From Convolutriloba macropyga (lineage: Eukaryota), in contig NC_134481.1 of the NCBI RefSeq assembly GCF_964194025.1, positions 31,124,001-31,188,000 of the forward strand: 64,000 bases of DNA. Reading direction: 5' to 3'. A model generated the notes under the pieces. That model was not told the DNA's origin, did no database searches, and saw nothing but the letters and a program-made list of their open reading frames with translations. Positions 13,237-26,100 of the stretch are shown piece by piece. Each line of letters starts with the position of its first letter. Within the stretch, counting starts at the first letter, position 1. The position numbers and the translations under genes are program-made.

Positions 13237-16200
13237 AAAACGACTGGCAAGTGATTCACAATCAGAACTGTAAAAGATTAAGATCAATGATTTTCAGGTT
13301 GACAATCAGCAATGAAACAAGTTTTGGACAGAATGTTTTTAGGATGACAATAGTTATGCAATTATGTTAATTAGGCTGGTAATTGCGTGATAAAAGTTAT
13401 GTACAAATCAAAATCAGGATATAATCAGAAGAACAATTTTACTCTAACGAAAAGACTGGTCAGTGTAAATTTTGACATGAACAGAATTTGTACAAGTGCA
13501 AAAAAATTCTATGTACTGTTTCTGGTTTTACAATGGTTCAGTGCTGAAATGCTCTGGGTGTTCCTCCCTGGTTTTTTAAAATTTAATCATATTCTGACGT
13601 CATTCCCATTTTTTGAGTTCTCACGAAGTTATAAAACACATAAGTTGACAGACGATAATCTGGTGCATCAAAAATTCGACATGAAAAATTTGCATGAGAC
13701 CATTTTTTTGGGACAAAGTTCACACCTGACATTTTTATTATATATGGCACAGCAAGTTTTAACAGCTGAAATGACCATTTCACAAAACTGCGCTTTTTTT
13801 TTTTAAAAAAAAAGAAATTTGTCAAAGTCCTGACATAGGACCAGATTCTAGGACCAGACAAGTTTCTACAGACGACATAGAAAACATGAAAAATTGAATA
13901 AAAAATCATTCGAATATCTTGAATATAAATCAATTATAAATGCTTAATAAATTTTCTTCTTGCCAGCATTTTCCTCTTAAAAATTCCGCGCATCAGGCTT
14001 TTCTGGTCATTTTTTATTTTGCTGTTCACGTTAATTTGGTCTAAAATTAAGGAACTTATCTCCCAACTTTTTGCGAGCTTTCTCGTCAGTTGCTTGTTTT
14101 TTTGTTGCTTTGAATTTTTTAGATATCCTCTCTCGTTAGTGAAGACATTACCTTTCTTAACTAAAATGAAGTGCATCTGATAAAAGAACTGTAATAATAT
14201 TTGATCTTTTTCTAGATAGAATATTGACCTCTCCACCTCTAATGTTCACTACGTGATTTGAACATTCAGTTCAATCAATATCTTCACATCGGTTGATTTT
14301 TATTTTTAATATGATTATCATAAACATGCACGCATAAGGTTAACTGGTCTGATAATGTTACAGTTGTTTATGAAGGCACAAATTGTTGATCAAAAGAGTG
14401 CGGTTTGTTGCTGAACAATTATCTTTGCTTCGTTTGTCACCTGACAATATCGCAGACTGCATGTTATTTGTGGGCTGTAATGAATAGTTTTAGAGGTCAC
14501 AAATTGCTCAAATTGATGTATAATCTGATCAGCTGAAAACAAATCTGCTTCATGCTTCAAATATTTAAATTCTGCTTTGTGATGTTTAAAATGTTATTAA
14601 CTAAAACTTCAACAGTTTGTTAACATGAAGTTGCTATATATTTACTGTACAATCATGCGAATTGCAATATATATTGTGTTATCTAGAATTTTTAAACAGC
14701 CCGCATATTTGTAAGCTAATAGTTATAAGAATTGATGAATACTTGCATTACTCATAATACAAATCGCAGCATCTGTTGTTTTTCACGTTTTAAAAAAAGG
14801 TGCAATATTGAGAGGTAGTTTCAAAGTCATTAATGGCTGGTAATGTAGTTTCGAAATAACTCAAGTAAAAAAAAATCTTTAAAAAAATCAGATGAGAAAA
14901 TTGACAATACTTCAGAAAAATTTATCCTCCTCATGGAAAAATTGAGGAAAGGATTTTGCCCATCAACAAAAGTGGAAGTTTCCCGTAACGACTAAATGAC
15001 TTTGCCATTAAAGAAGAAATTTTGGACAAAAATCAAACCAGTGATTTTTTTAGTAATTACTTTTAGTTACTTTATAATAAAGCTTGAAAAATCGCAATAT
15101 TTTGGCCATTTATACAATTTATTAAAAAACAACTGAGCATAAAACGACTGAAATAGCAGAATCAGCTTATGAATACTTCTTAACAAATACAGTGGACTGT
15201 CTACGGACAAAAGCTGCGTTAGATGTTTATTTAATTTTAAAGGAAAAAAAACAAAATAGGTGAATAAAAATTATAGCAACACAAGTCCAAAGCAAACCAA
15301 CTACAATATCAGTTAGTTTAATGTGGATAGATCGGCATAATTCAATAATGTTTTGCTTTAAAAAATAAAGATGCGCAAAAATTATGTTATCGGGAGAAAT
15401 CGATGCCTTTTTAAATAAATCAAAATTGTGGTTTTGGTTTTTCTTAGTTTTGATTTTATGATAGTAACCAATTTGCTATATTATCAAAGGAGACTAGGAA
15501 AAAAACAGGTTACAAAATATCCAATTCTAAAACCAAAGGACTGGAAAAACAAAATAGTGTAACTAAAACCCAGATTTGAATTGAACTTTAAAAATTTGTT
15601 CCTTTCAGAAAAACTGTTAACACAAATACGAAAAATCCTACACGATTTTTGAACCCACGGTGTTATTTTTTGCAGAAACAAAAGCTGTGAAAACCAGGCA
15701 TTTAAATTAGTTCTAATAAAATATCCCTATAAAAACTATTAAACAAGAGTGATTGCTAGATTGACCATTAAAATATAACGTATATAAAATCCTATGGGTT
15801 TCAAAAATTGATTGATAAACGTCAAAATGAAAAACAATTAATAAATATATTGTTTTCGAAAAAAATTTTCTCTATAAATACAAACTGGTTGATTTTTGAC
15901 GTCAATAACGACCAAGCAAAATCACAGAAAAATAAAAGTCTGTTTTTCCGGTTGACTGGAGATTCGTGTTTGAAGAAGTTGCACGTCGAAAAAACTAAAC
16001 CGTCTTTTTTTTAGTAATTTTTTTAGTCCTGTTGGTCTTTTTTAAGACGATTTTTTGCGTGGCCGATTTTTGTATGACCCATCAAAACTTTTCGTCCTCA
16101 GAAACGGGATAAGCGTAGCGCCCCGCGGGTACTAACTTCTCTTAGAGTCTTTCAGTTCACTAGTCTCCAAGTATAAGATTCACAAAAACTGTTTCATGAG

Positions 16201-16239
16201 ACTTATACTTATGATGTGAAGGGCGATACTTAGAAATTG

Positions 16240-16456
16240 ACCCCCACATCAGCCGCCCCCATTCCCCCCAATCCCCTCCCCTGCACATCGTTCAGGCCAT
16301 AAGGCCTTGTGCAGCCAAAGATCCCTCTCCCATCGTTGCCCCCCCCCCCATTGTTGCCCCCCACACTTCCCCGGTTCACCCCCACCCGCTGCGCTCACCT
16401 CACGCCCCTTCAATTAAACTAAAGCTAGCCTCACTAAACTGTGGCTAGCTACTAAT
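16240..16456 (+). repeat. C-rich low-complexity tract ending in a hairpin plus CTAA|T; possible Helitron-like 3' end
   Basis: Many C runs at 16240-16410; 8-bp stem AGCTAGCC (16423-16430) / GGCTAGCT (16443-16450), then CTAA|T. The hairpin lies closer to the end than in canonical Helitrons. Confidence 0.3.
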
Positions 16457-17088
16457 GAAGCCGACCGCTCGCCGGTTTCTTGAGAGCAGTTCGCCTGACA
16501 TTAGTCGGTTATGTTCATTTATTATGTTTTCAGCTGCTAAGAATAGTGCATTTATCTTCAGAGAATTTTTTTAAGTATTGAGTTCATATTCTCCTTAGTT
16601 TGGTAACAGATTGTGTCCAAAAGTTTAGAACAATGAACCAAATGGTTCCCAAATACACAAAAATTCTACCTCATCAGAAGTTCTCTTTGATATTAGTTTT
16701 GCTCTTTTGAACACAATATATTACAGTTTCGACAGATAAACAGAAGAACAAGGTGACTGGTTGAGTTGAAATTTGTCTTTGGAATGAATAAAAATATATG
16801 GGAAATGTTATAGAACTTCATATAAAACAGCCAGATTCTTCCGAGGGAACAAAAAATAACACTGACTTTTGTAAAGTTATTGCAATTATATAGTTTTTTA
16901 ATCTATGACAATAATGAAAATCACAAAAAGTGAATAACAGGGGTTCCGGCTTGTAGCGAACCTGGCAGAGTTGTATGATAGTTTTTGGTGAACCTAGATG
17001 GTCATCGTCAGTTTGGTCATATCTGGTTAACGATTTTAGTCATATCTTCGATTGCAATTTTTGCATTAAAATTTCAAGCTTGACAAAC

Positions 17089-17186
17089 CTGTATTGAGAA
17101 TGAGTCATCATCCACGTCATCAATGTCAATTGGTCTTCGCAGTCTTATCTCTCCACTCTTTCGCCCAATCGAGATATACGACTCAT
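17089..17186 (-). CDS. Cadherin gene exon 13 (DESYISIGRKSGEIRLRRPIDIDDVDDDSFSIQ)
   Basis: Acceptor TTTTAG, donor CAG|GTTTGT, phases 1/0. Confidence 0.88.
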
Positions 17187-20100
17187 CTAAAATCAGACAA
17201 AAAGACTGTAAAAAACCAAATTTTGATCTACAATATCAGAAAATACAGTTAAAAATCTTTAGTTTATTGGGACAAGTAAAATTTAACCCCAGGGTTATGG
17301 AAAGAAATTTAGCTCCTCATGAAGAGGTGGGTTTAAATTGTAAAACTTATGTTGACAAATTGAAGCGAAACAAAGTCAGTCAATCAAAGATTAATTTATA
17401 AATATTATGTTCCGAAAGTTTGACTTCGCTTTTACTTTCTAGTACGAAATAATCGTTCTGCCCATGTGCATCGTGCTTTCTTTAATGAGGAGAAAAATTC
17501 TGATTGTTGCAATAAGGTTAGTTAAACCTTTATCAAACAAAGTATTTTTTTACAAGTTAAAATTGCAATATGCGGATTCAGTGCTGAAAATTTCTGGGTG
17601 ATAAGCCCGGGTAGCGCATTAGGTTTAACAAGCTTTCAAAGTGTCTCATTTTTGTTCGTCTAGAAAGAGACATCAAGTATCGTTTCACTGAGAACACAGT
17701 TGCCAGATATCAGCTTGTTCTGATATATTCTAACAGCTCAGGTTCTGGTAAGTAAAGCAGACAAATTTTCAACCTGACCTAAAATATGGTGAAACAGTAA
17801 CAACCTGCCGTGGCTCTGGAGATAGTAGGTTCGAGTCCCCAAAGCTCTAATTCTTTAGCAGTATATGGAGTTAGATAAAAACAGTTGGGCTCTGCTAAAT
17901 TATTCCTTACTGACCTGCGCCAAATCCTGACGTGACCCCTGTTATGTAGTAGAACACACTGGCAGCCCCGTGTTCTCTGGACGGGTAGTCTGCATCGGTG
18001 GCTGAGATTGTAGTTATCAAGGTATTCACTGCCGTTACTTCTGTTATCTGCAAAATTAATCTAAATTAATTAAATGTTTTTTAAACGATGAAAGGTGAAA
18101 AATCTCTTATCTACAGGCTTAAATCTCGATATCTAGGCGCGAAGAAGAAGTGACTGCTTTCTTTAATAAAATAAGGACAAAGTGTGCAATAAGCGTTGAA
18201 AATTCGACTGAGAGAAAATTGATGACAAGTGTTAATGACTTTGAGAATAAATAGCAAATTTGGGCGCATTTAGCCCGTTTCTATCAAATGCAGGTGTTTT
18301 ACTTGCGCTGAACTTCAATTGTTTTCTAAAACATCTGGTGTTTTTATTCTTTATCAGCGCTTTCATTTCTCAGAAAACTTACTCCAAGGATTTCAATAAG
18401 GTAAAAATGGAGAATCGGCAATATCCGTTGGCATGAAATGTTGCAACCCGCATATTATAAACAGTGTACAAAAATTTACAACATGGAAATTGTTGGGTTA
18501 TGGGTCTTCGCAAGCGGAATAAAAAGCGTTTTTAACTAAGTAGAAAAATTAATTTCTCAAAATGAGAGAATAACAAGAATGATTTTTTACAGTAGAACTT
18601 GGAGATTTTACAGGAGAGATCTGATTATTAGATCAAGATGGTGATTTGATTTTGGGGATGAAAAAGGCTCAAAAATCAGCTGTATATATACCCATATACA
18701 TCAGTGCGCGAAAGTAAAGAAACAAAACTAATGTTAGCACCATGATTTACACCGGGGGTCGCAAGGGTTACCCAATATGGTTTGCTTCTGCAAGTTTCCC
18801 AGAAATCAGTCGCAGGGGGTACCATAGATGGTATGCATTTACACTTTTCTAAGAATTCGTTCACATTTCCGGTGATATCTTAATCATTCAATACATGCTG
18901 GGAAGATTTTACATCAAATAATCTCACTCTAATATTAGTTATCTAGATTCACAAATTTGAACCGAATCCTGTTTCTAAGCACCATTTCTTGACGGTTCAC
19001 TTTTACTTAAACTCTGTGATCAAAATCAATTTGCTCTTGTCTTTGTAATCTTGTAAGTTAAACTTTCTCTCTAATTCTTACTAAATTCAAGACTATAGTT
19101 TGATTGATATTCTAACACCCCCACAAAGATTTGAGCGGTTTGCGTAGAGTCTGTTCCCATCAAAAAAGTTCTGAAAGTTTCCACCTTCGATAAGGGTAAA
19201 GATTGCGTGAAGATGGTGGCTGCCATTTTGTCAGTACCAAGATGGAACGTAATGAATTGAAAAAATCCCATCTTCCGTCTTATCTCAAATGAAGGGAAAT
19301 CTTGTCTCAATGTGTTTGCTCCTCTTGTGTATGACTGAGTTTTGGCACAATCTGATGCAACTCTGGTTGTCCTCTCCAATTGCTATTGGATGTTTCTGTT
19401 GAATGCCAAAATCCTCCAGAAGTTGTTTCAGATACAATGCTTCTTGAACTGCTGCTGCCATGACTTGATATTCAGCTTCTGATGAAGAAAGAGCAACTGT
19501 GGCCTGCTTCTTGACGCCCCAGCTTCTTGACGTCCGTGGAGCTTGAAGTAGTTGCCCGTCGTTGATTTTCTGTCGTTTACGTCACAAGACCAGTCCTTAT
19601 CACTTTCCCCCACTAAATCATAACTAGCTTCTTTTGTGTAAGTAAGTTTTAAACCTTTCCAACCTTGAAGATATTGCAGAAGTCGTTTTCCGCACATCCA
19701 GTGATGATTGGTAGGTGCATTCATGTGTCTGGACAGAATGTTGACTGTAAACATGATGTCTGGCCTCGTCTGTTTGGCCAGATACAGAAGTGATCCAACT
19801 AAGCTTCTGTAGATCCTCTGGCCCACTTCTTCGTCTCCATTCTGTGTTGTCTGAGGCTTCAAATTCAAATCAACTGGAGTTCTTGAGGGTTTATGTTGAT
19901 CCATTTGAAACTGCTCAAGCATTGTTTCCATGTAGCGTTCTTTGTCGGCTCTGTCTTTGCCCTCTTCTCGTCTGATTTTTAGACCCAGAAACCAGTGTAG
20001 TCTCCCTCTGTCTTCTATGTGAAAGGTTGCTTCTAGTGCCTTCTTGACATCAAAGACCACTGTCATACTTCTTGATGCTACTATGATGTCGTCAACCCAG

Positions 20101-23100
20101 ACCAGGATGAAGGTGTGACCCTATGTCTCTGCTCTTGCGACCAAGCAATGGTCATTGCTGCTTCTGGTGAACCCTTGTCTCAGTAGGAAGTTTGCCAGTT
20201 CCTTGTACCAGTTGCTAGCTTCTTGTTTCAAACCATAAATTGGTTTATTCAGTCGACATATTAACTTCCCTCCAGCTAATTCTTGTTTTAGAAAATCCTG
20301 TGACTGTTCCAGATAAACTTCTCCCTCTACTGGTGAGTGCAGGAAAGCCGTTTTGAAATCAAACTGGTGCATCAAATGACCCTACCTCGCTGTTAGCTGA
20401 AGTAGAATCCTAAATGTCTCTGGCTTACAGGTAGGCGCAAAAGTTTCAAAGGAGTTCAGTCCTTCCACTTGTTTGAAGCCTTTTACCACATAGCGTGTTT
20501 TGTATTTGTCGACTTTACCACTGGGTCCCAATTTCACTTCATAAACCAATTTGCCCGGTATGACGTCTATGTCAGTGGGTGGTCTCACTTGGTTCCTTCA
20601 CTGCCAGGTGCCACTGATCCCAGTCCTCACATTGCTTGTCTTCGTAGACTGTTTTTGGTTTCCACGTAGTCACCCTCAATCAAAGCAAGGTTAATCCAGA
20701 TTTCTCTAAAACATTGCGGAACATTCTTTGCTCGTGTCCCTCGTCTGGGCTCTGCCCTGTCCGCTTGCTCCAGTGCCTCTTCAAAGAAGCCAACTACCTG
20801 TGAGAAGTCCCCCGTTTCACTGTCTTCCAGTGACTCCGAGTCTCTGAGACTCCCTCTTGTTGCAGTAGATTCTTCATCCAGTGCTGCTTCCTCAACATCT
20901 GAGGCATCTCGTCTCAGTGTTGTTTCTTGAGTGTTCACCCTCTCTGCCTAATGCAACTCCTCCTTTATTGAAGTAGGTATGCCCTGCTCCTCTTTGTTGC
21001 CATCGTCTTGATGACCATCATCTGGGTGCCAGATCCCCAATTGCTGTGACCCCTAATCTAGTAAGTCGGGTGTCTCTGTGTTGTTAGGGATTTAGACCAC
21101 TTCGGACTCTTTGATGATCACATTTCGAACTGCAACTTGCATGTGTTGGGTACGTACACCAGGTATCCATTGTCTCCTTCAGTGTAACCCACAAACTTTC
21201 CTTCTAGTGCTTTGGGTTCAAGTTTGCTGACATCTCTGTCCCGCTTCCTTATGAAGACAGTGCAACCAAAAATAGATAATTCACTAATTGAAAGCTTAGG
21301 TTTTATACCTCGCATCAGCTCTGCTGGGCATTTTTCTTCTCCTCGTCTCACAACAAATTTCCTGATCGCTGCTGTCACATGGAGGATTGCTGCTGTCACA
21401 TCATCTTGGGAAGACCCGAGTCAATGAGCAAGCATCTTCATACAGCCTCTGCCCACCACTCTGGAAGCCTCTCCGTTGGGATTTCGGACCACTGATTGAA
21501 TGGGCACAAAGTCCCGAAACACATCGATGTTTGTCAATATGTGATCTGTATAACCACTGTCCACCAGCAAGCCTGCTGTCTTCCACTGGATGAGAGCTGC
21601 CCGGTTTTTTTCTGGTGTAGCCATTGTTGGACCCATTGCGACTGACTCATGTTTGCATCCTTCTCTTTGTCTCCTGCATGCCCTGTCTAGTTGACCTCTC
21701 TCATCACACCTGTTGCATTGTGGTGTCTCCTTCCTCCTGCAGTCCTTGGCAAAGTTTCCAGGGATCCCACACACAAAGCAGTTTCTTTTCATGGGTCCCT
21801 TCTTGAAGTCACGCTTCACTGCCAGTGCCACTGAGTCACTTTTTCCCTTATGTCTCTGTGCTGTGCTCTCATGGAAGTTCTGCAGTCTTTTTCTCAACTT
21901 TGTGAAGTTCGTTGCCAGGTTAAAGTTTTCCTGAATAACAAAATTTCATACCTCATTGGCAGACCATTGAAGACCAAGGCGTTGAAGGAGGTCTTTGAGA
22001 CTGCTTCCCCTGCTTCTTGTAGCCTTGTGAGCAACTCCTGTCCTCTGATGAAGAAGCTATCCAAATCCTCAGCATCCTCAAGCTGCAGTCGAACAAGCTC
22101 TGACACCAAAGTCCCCATTGTCGGCGTCTCAACACTCTGAAATCTCTCTTGCAAAAGCCTCCCGGCCTGTGCTCCAACTCCGATGCCGTCATCTCCCACA
22201 CAATCATGTCTGATCAGCATGAGGGTTGCTGCATCTAGAGTCAGTGCCAGATGGCACCACATATTGTTCTGTCTTTCAATGATGTCTGCAAATTCCTTCT
22301 CATATGCATGCTTCAGCACCTGGTGGTTCTTGTTTTCTTCATTGCTCGCCCCATTGGCTAGTGGTGTAAGCTCTTTGGGTTGCTCCTCTGTCCCAAGTAG
22401 TGATTTGTAGAGTCTCTTCAACTGCATCATTGCCATATATCTTGTGCTCCAGATTGGAACGTCTTGTGTCTTTCCTGTGTAGGTCAGCAGATTCACTGTC
22501 TGTTGATCCATCGTAGTTTGAGCAGGAAAAAAAGTTGTGAAAAGAAAAGGTACTAAGCATAAAAAGATTATGACTGTCAGCGACATATTATATTGTTTTA
22601 GAAAGAAGTTTTTTGACTTAGAAAAGTGCTGGGCCCATAACCTGTTGGGTTATGGGTTTTCGCAAGCGGAATAAAATGCGTTTTTAACTAAGCAGAAAAA
22701 TTAATTTCTCAAAATGAGAGAATAACAACAATGATATTTTACAGTAGGATTTGGAGATTTACAGGAGAGATCTGGTTATTAGATCAAGATGGTGATTTGA
22801 TTTTGGGGATTGCAAAAGGCTCAAAAATCAGCTGTATATATACCCATTATCAGTGCGTTAAACTCAAGATACAAAATTAATCTTAGCACCATGATTTACA
22901 CTGGAGTTACAAGAGTTACCCAATATGGTTTGCTTCTGCAAATTTCCCAGAAATCAGTCGCAGGGGGTACCATAGATGGTATGCATTTACACTTTTCTAA
23001 GAATTCGTTCACATTTCCGGTGATATCTTAATCATTCAATACATGCTGGGAAGATTTTACATCAAATAATCTCACTCTAATATTAGTTATCTAGATTCAC

Positions 23101-26100
23101 AAATTTGAACCGAATCCCGATTCTAAGCACTATTTCTTGACCATTCATTTATATAAACTCTGTGATCAAAATCAATTTGCTCTTGTCTTTGTAATCTGGT
23201 AAGTTGAACTTTCTTTCTAGTTCTCACTAAGTTCAGGACTATAATTTGATCGATATTCTAACAGAAATTGTCCATGAGGTTACCTAAAGAGTATCTGAAT
23301 ACACTCAAGCCCTTGATTCATGAGCGTATCCTAATGGTCTTTTCCTTCCAAAATGAATTCCAAGCTGTAAGACATTGAAATCTGAAATTGCATTACGTTT
23401 TCAGTGTCCGAAAAATAGAGTGCAGATTCTCGATTTTGTTGGACTTTTCACGACCCATCTTTTAAGATTAGAGTTGTAAGCATGTGGAGAAACGATTGAC
23501 AGCAGGCTAATTTAGTTCAAATTTGTTAAAATTACCCCTTTCCCACGGATGCAGTATATAATTATCGAAATGAAAGGTGGCCTAATTGATGATTAACTTC
23601 AGAAAAGCCATCTCTATACCAATTGTGGATTAAAAAGACTATTAATGGTTTCAAAAGTACCCCTAGCACTGTTCAATTTTAATTTCATAGAAGTGTCTGA
23701 AATTAATCTCGAGTAATTACTAATAGTTCGGTTGATGATGGTTTAGTCTAACTAAATGCTCAAAATGTTACCATGGAACGGAAAAATTATTGAAATTTGC
23801 CTTTTCGGACATGGCCCCGTAATGTGACCTCTGCTGCATAATTGCTAAGAAGCCATGGCTACCAGATTTCTAAATCAACAGTAAAAAATGGTAATAGATT
23901 TATTCCAAAACTAGCCATTTTTTTAAAAAATGTCTTTTCTCTTAAAACTTGAAAAATGAGAATCATATTGTAATTGAGACAATAGCTGATTCTATTTTGC
24001 GTATATTTCAATAAAACATATCAGTAAGTGCCATTTTTAATTATATAGATAAATGCTTTCAAATGTAAACAGGAAAAATTGTGCTCACTCGTTATCATGA
24101 TATACTGATGTTAAAGAAAAAAAAGATCTATCAAAGAGTATTCTTTTAGCTTTAGTTTCTTAAGAATATAATTAAAGAAACTTGGATTCCGTTGTGATCT
24201 TATTCTCAAAGTATTGAAACAAACAACTGGGTTAGTCTATATAGTAAGGTGTATTATCAACACGGCGGCAAGTATAAGCAAAAGAGAGTCTTTTATGTCA
24301 GCAATGTCAAATAAGAGACCCAAATAAAACAACGAAAGAATCAGGCAAAATGTCGAACGAAACAGGAAACAACTTTTTTTTTTCAATTATCCACCGACAT
24401 TTTATTTAAACTGTTTCTGCGACATGCGTTTTAAGTCATTCCACTCAAAACAATTCCGCGGCCAATATTACCAGTTTTCTATCTTCCCATTGGTTGTCAT
24501 TTGATAACAAATTTTAGTCCACAGAAGGTTACCCAGGTCCTTTTTTTCCAATCCCACTATGCTTCTAAATTAACCAGCAGTTCATTGTTTTCTAACCAAG
24601 CGAAAGAAAACCAAACTCGTCGGTTAGCAAAAAATGATACTGAATTTATGAAATAAAAGTACGGGATAAAAGTATGGTTTATATAAAAACAATAGTTTTC
24701 GTGAGAGAGAAAACATTTTTTTAAAAAAAAACTGATTGCTGTTTTTCAATTGTGATGTTTGCTTTGTCAGCCTCACTTATAAGACGTTAATTGACCGGAA
24801 ACGTGTCAGACTCACATTATTTGACCGTTACAGTTGTGTCAAAATGCATTCAGAGAACCAAGTAAGTCATTAGTGCTCAACAAACTAATTACGCAATTGA
24901 TCTTCAAACTTATTGCAAATTAGCTGAACAGATGCCGTTACTCAGGTAAGGGCATTTCAAATTTACTTAAACGCGTAGTCACACTTTCATGAACGGAAAA
25001 TCCTGGTTTAATATTCGAACTACAGGGATCCGGTTCTAAAATTTTATTAATGACTGGAACTACCGGGTTCATGATCGAATGGTTTTATGAATACAATTAC
25101 CGGATTTTTGTTCTAAAATCTGGTTTTACGGCTAGAACTACCGTATAGTTGTTCTGAAATCCGTTTTTATCAGTCGAGTTACCTGGTTAATGTCTAGAAT
25201 CCGGTTTTATGATTAGAACTATCGAATTTTTGTTCTAAAAATAGTTTTTATGAAGCAAACTAACGAATTCTTGTTCTAAAATCCGGTTTTTTTGTTAGAA
25301 CTACTGGGTTCATGTTCTTTGAAATCGTTCGAAATATTTCTCGAATTTTGTCTTGGTGCCTTCATGAGACACTTTTTTTGAAGAAAAAAGGAAATTTGCT
25401 GATGGACTACAAAAACACCTTGCATTGAAAAAAACTTGACATCAAAATCCAGCAAAAAATTCTGATAAATGTTTGAAACAAAACATAAGCGAAATATGCG
25501 GAGAATGAAGCATTTGCAAAAAAGTAAAGAAAGATTATCGGACAAAACATACTCACAAGATCACCAGAAGGAAACTGCATAAAGATGGGGGCCGTACAAA
25601 CGCAGAAAAATGAGCAAAATAAGAGAAGAAGAGAAATCTTTTTCATTGGGTGAATTTTCATCGTGTTTGAAATTTCTCACTCACAAGACAGTTTTTTATA
25701 CAATTTTTCAATCGTACCTCTCATTGGGAAAAATTTAAATAAAATGTAAACTCTGCTCTCAATAGGTGAATTTGAAGCAGAATTTTGTTTATCATCTGTT
25801 CACACTCTTCAGCAGGAAACACAAATTGAGGTGACAAACAACTAATGCAATTTCGCTTTACTTATGTTGAGGGCAACTCATTCTGATGTACGATGAAGAT
25901 AAATGATGCCTTAACTTTTTGTCGTATAATGAGTTAAGGTAAAAAGAATTACTTTAAATCTGCTATGATAAATTTAATTCAACTTGTTTTTTGTATCGAG
26001 TCAATGACAAAAAACAACTTTAGTTAAGTTTTATCCTAAATGTGATGCATAACTATTTAAATCTTTTTGAAAAATGAAAAGTAGACATGTATCGAAAGTG

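Larger units (their letters stand above)
18491..23263 (-). mobile_element. Ty1/copia LTR retrotransposon, internally deleted and decayed, in cadherin intron 11
   Basis: Paired TG..CA LTRs and a 5-bp TSD GAAAT (18486-18490 and 23264-23268). Gag with two CCHC-type knuckles; protease VDSGYTDH; integrase tail FGC..SKLEPKA..FVGY; RT motifs KYKTRYVVKGF, HQFDFKTAFL, LNKPIYGLKQ, WVDD and YRSLVGSLLYL..TRPDI; RNase H DRKSTTG and AATIFTQSLP. Confidence 0.97.

Noticed and set aside
13024-13287. His/Thr-rich ORFs
   Set aside because: They are translations of the pentamer minisatellite.
14430-14490. RLSPDNIADCMLFVGCNE, resembling a hAT transposase C-terminus
   Set aside because: Too short, with no upstream SERxFS motif or other transposase sequence visible.
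10812-16014. Numerous 60-140 aa ORFs
   Set aside because: K/F/I/L-biased, motif-free products typical of AT-rich non-coding DNA.
23284-23380. Possible extra cadherin exon (TTTCAG acceptor, GTAACC donor on the minus strand)
   Set aside because: Stops occur in all three frames, and exons 11 and 12 already join in frame.
17737-24950. Plus-strand micro-exon-like signals (about 17737-17747, 24833-24860 and a donor at 24946) suggesting an antisense transcript
   Set aside because: Isolated splice-like motifs are expected by chance; no coherent ORF or exon chain.
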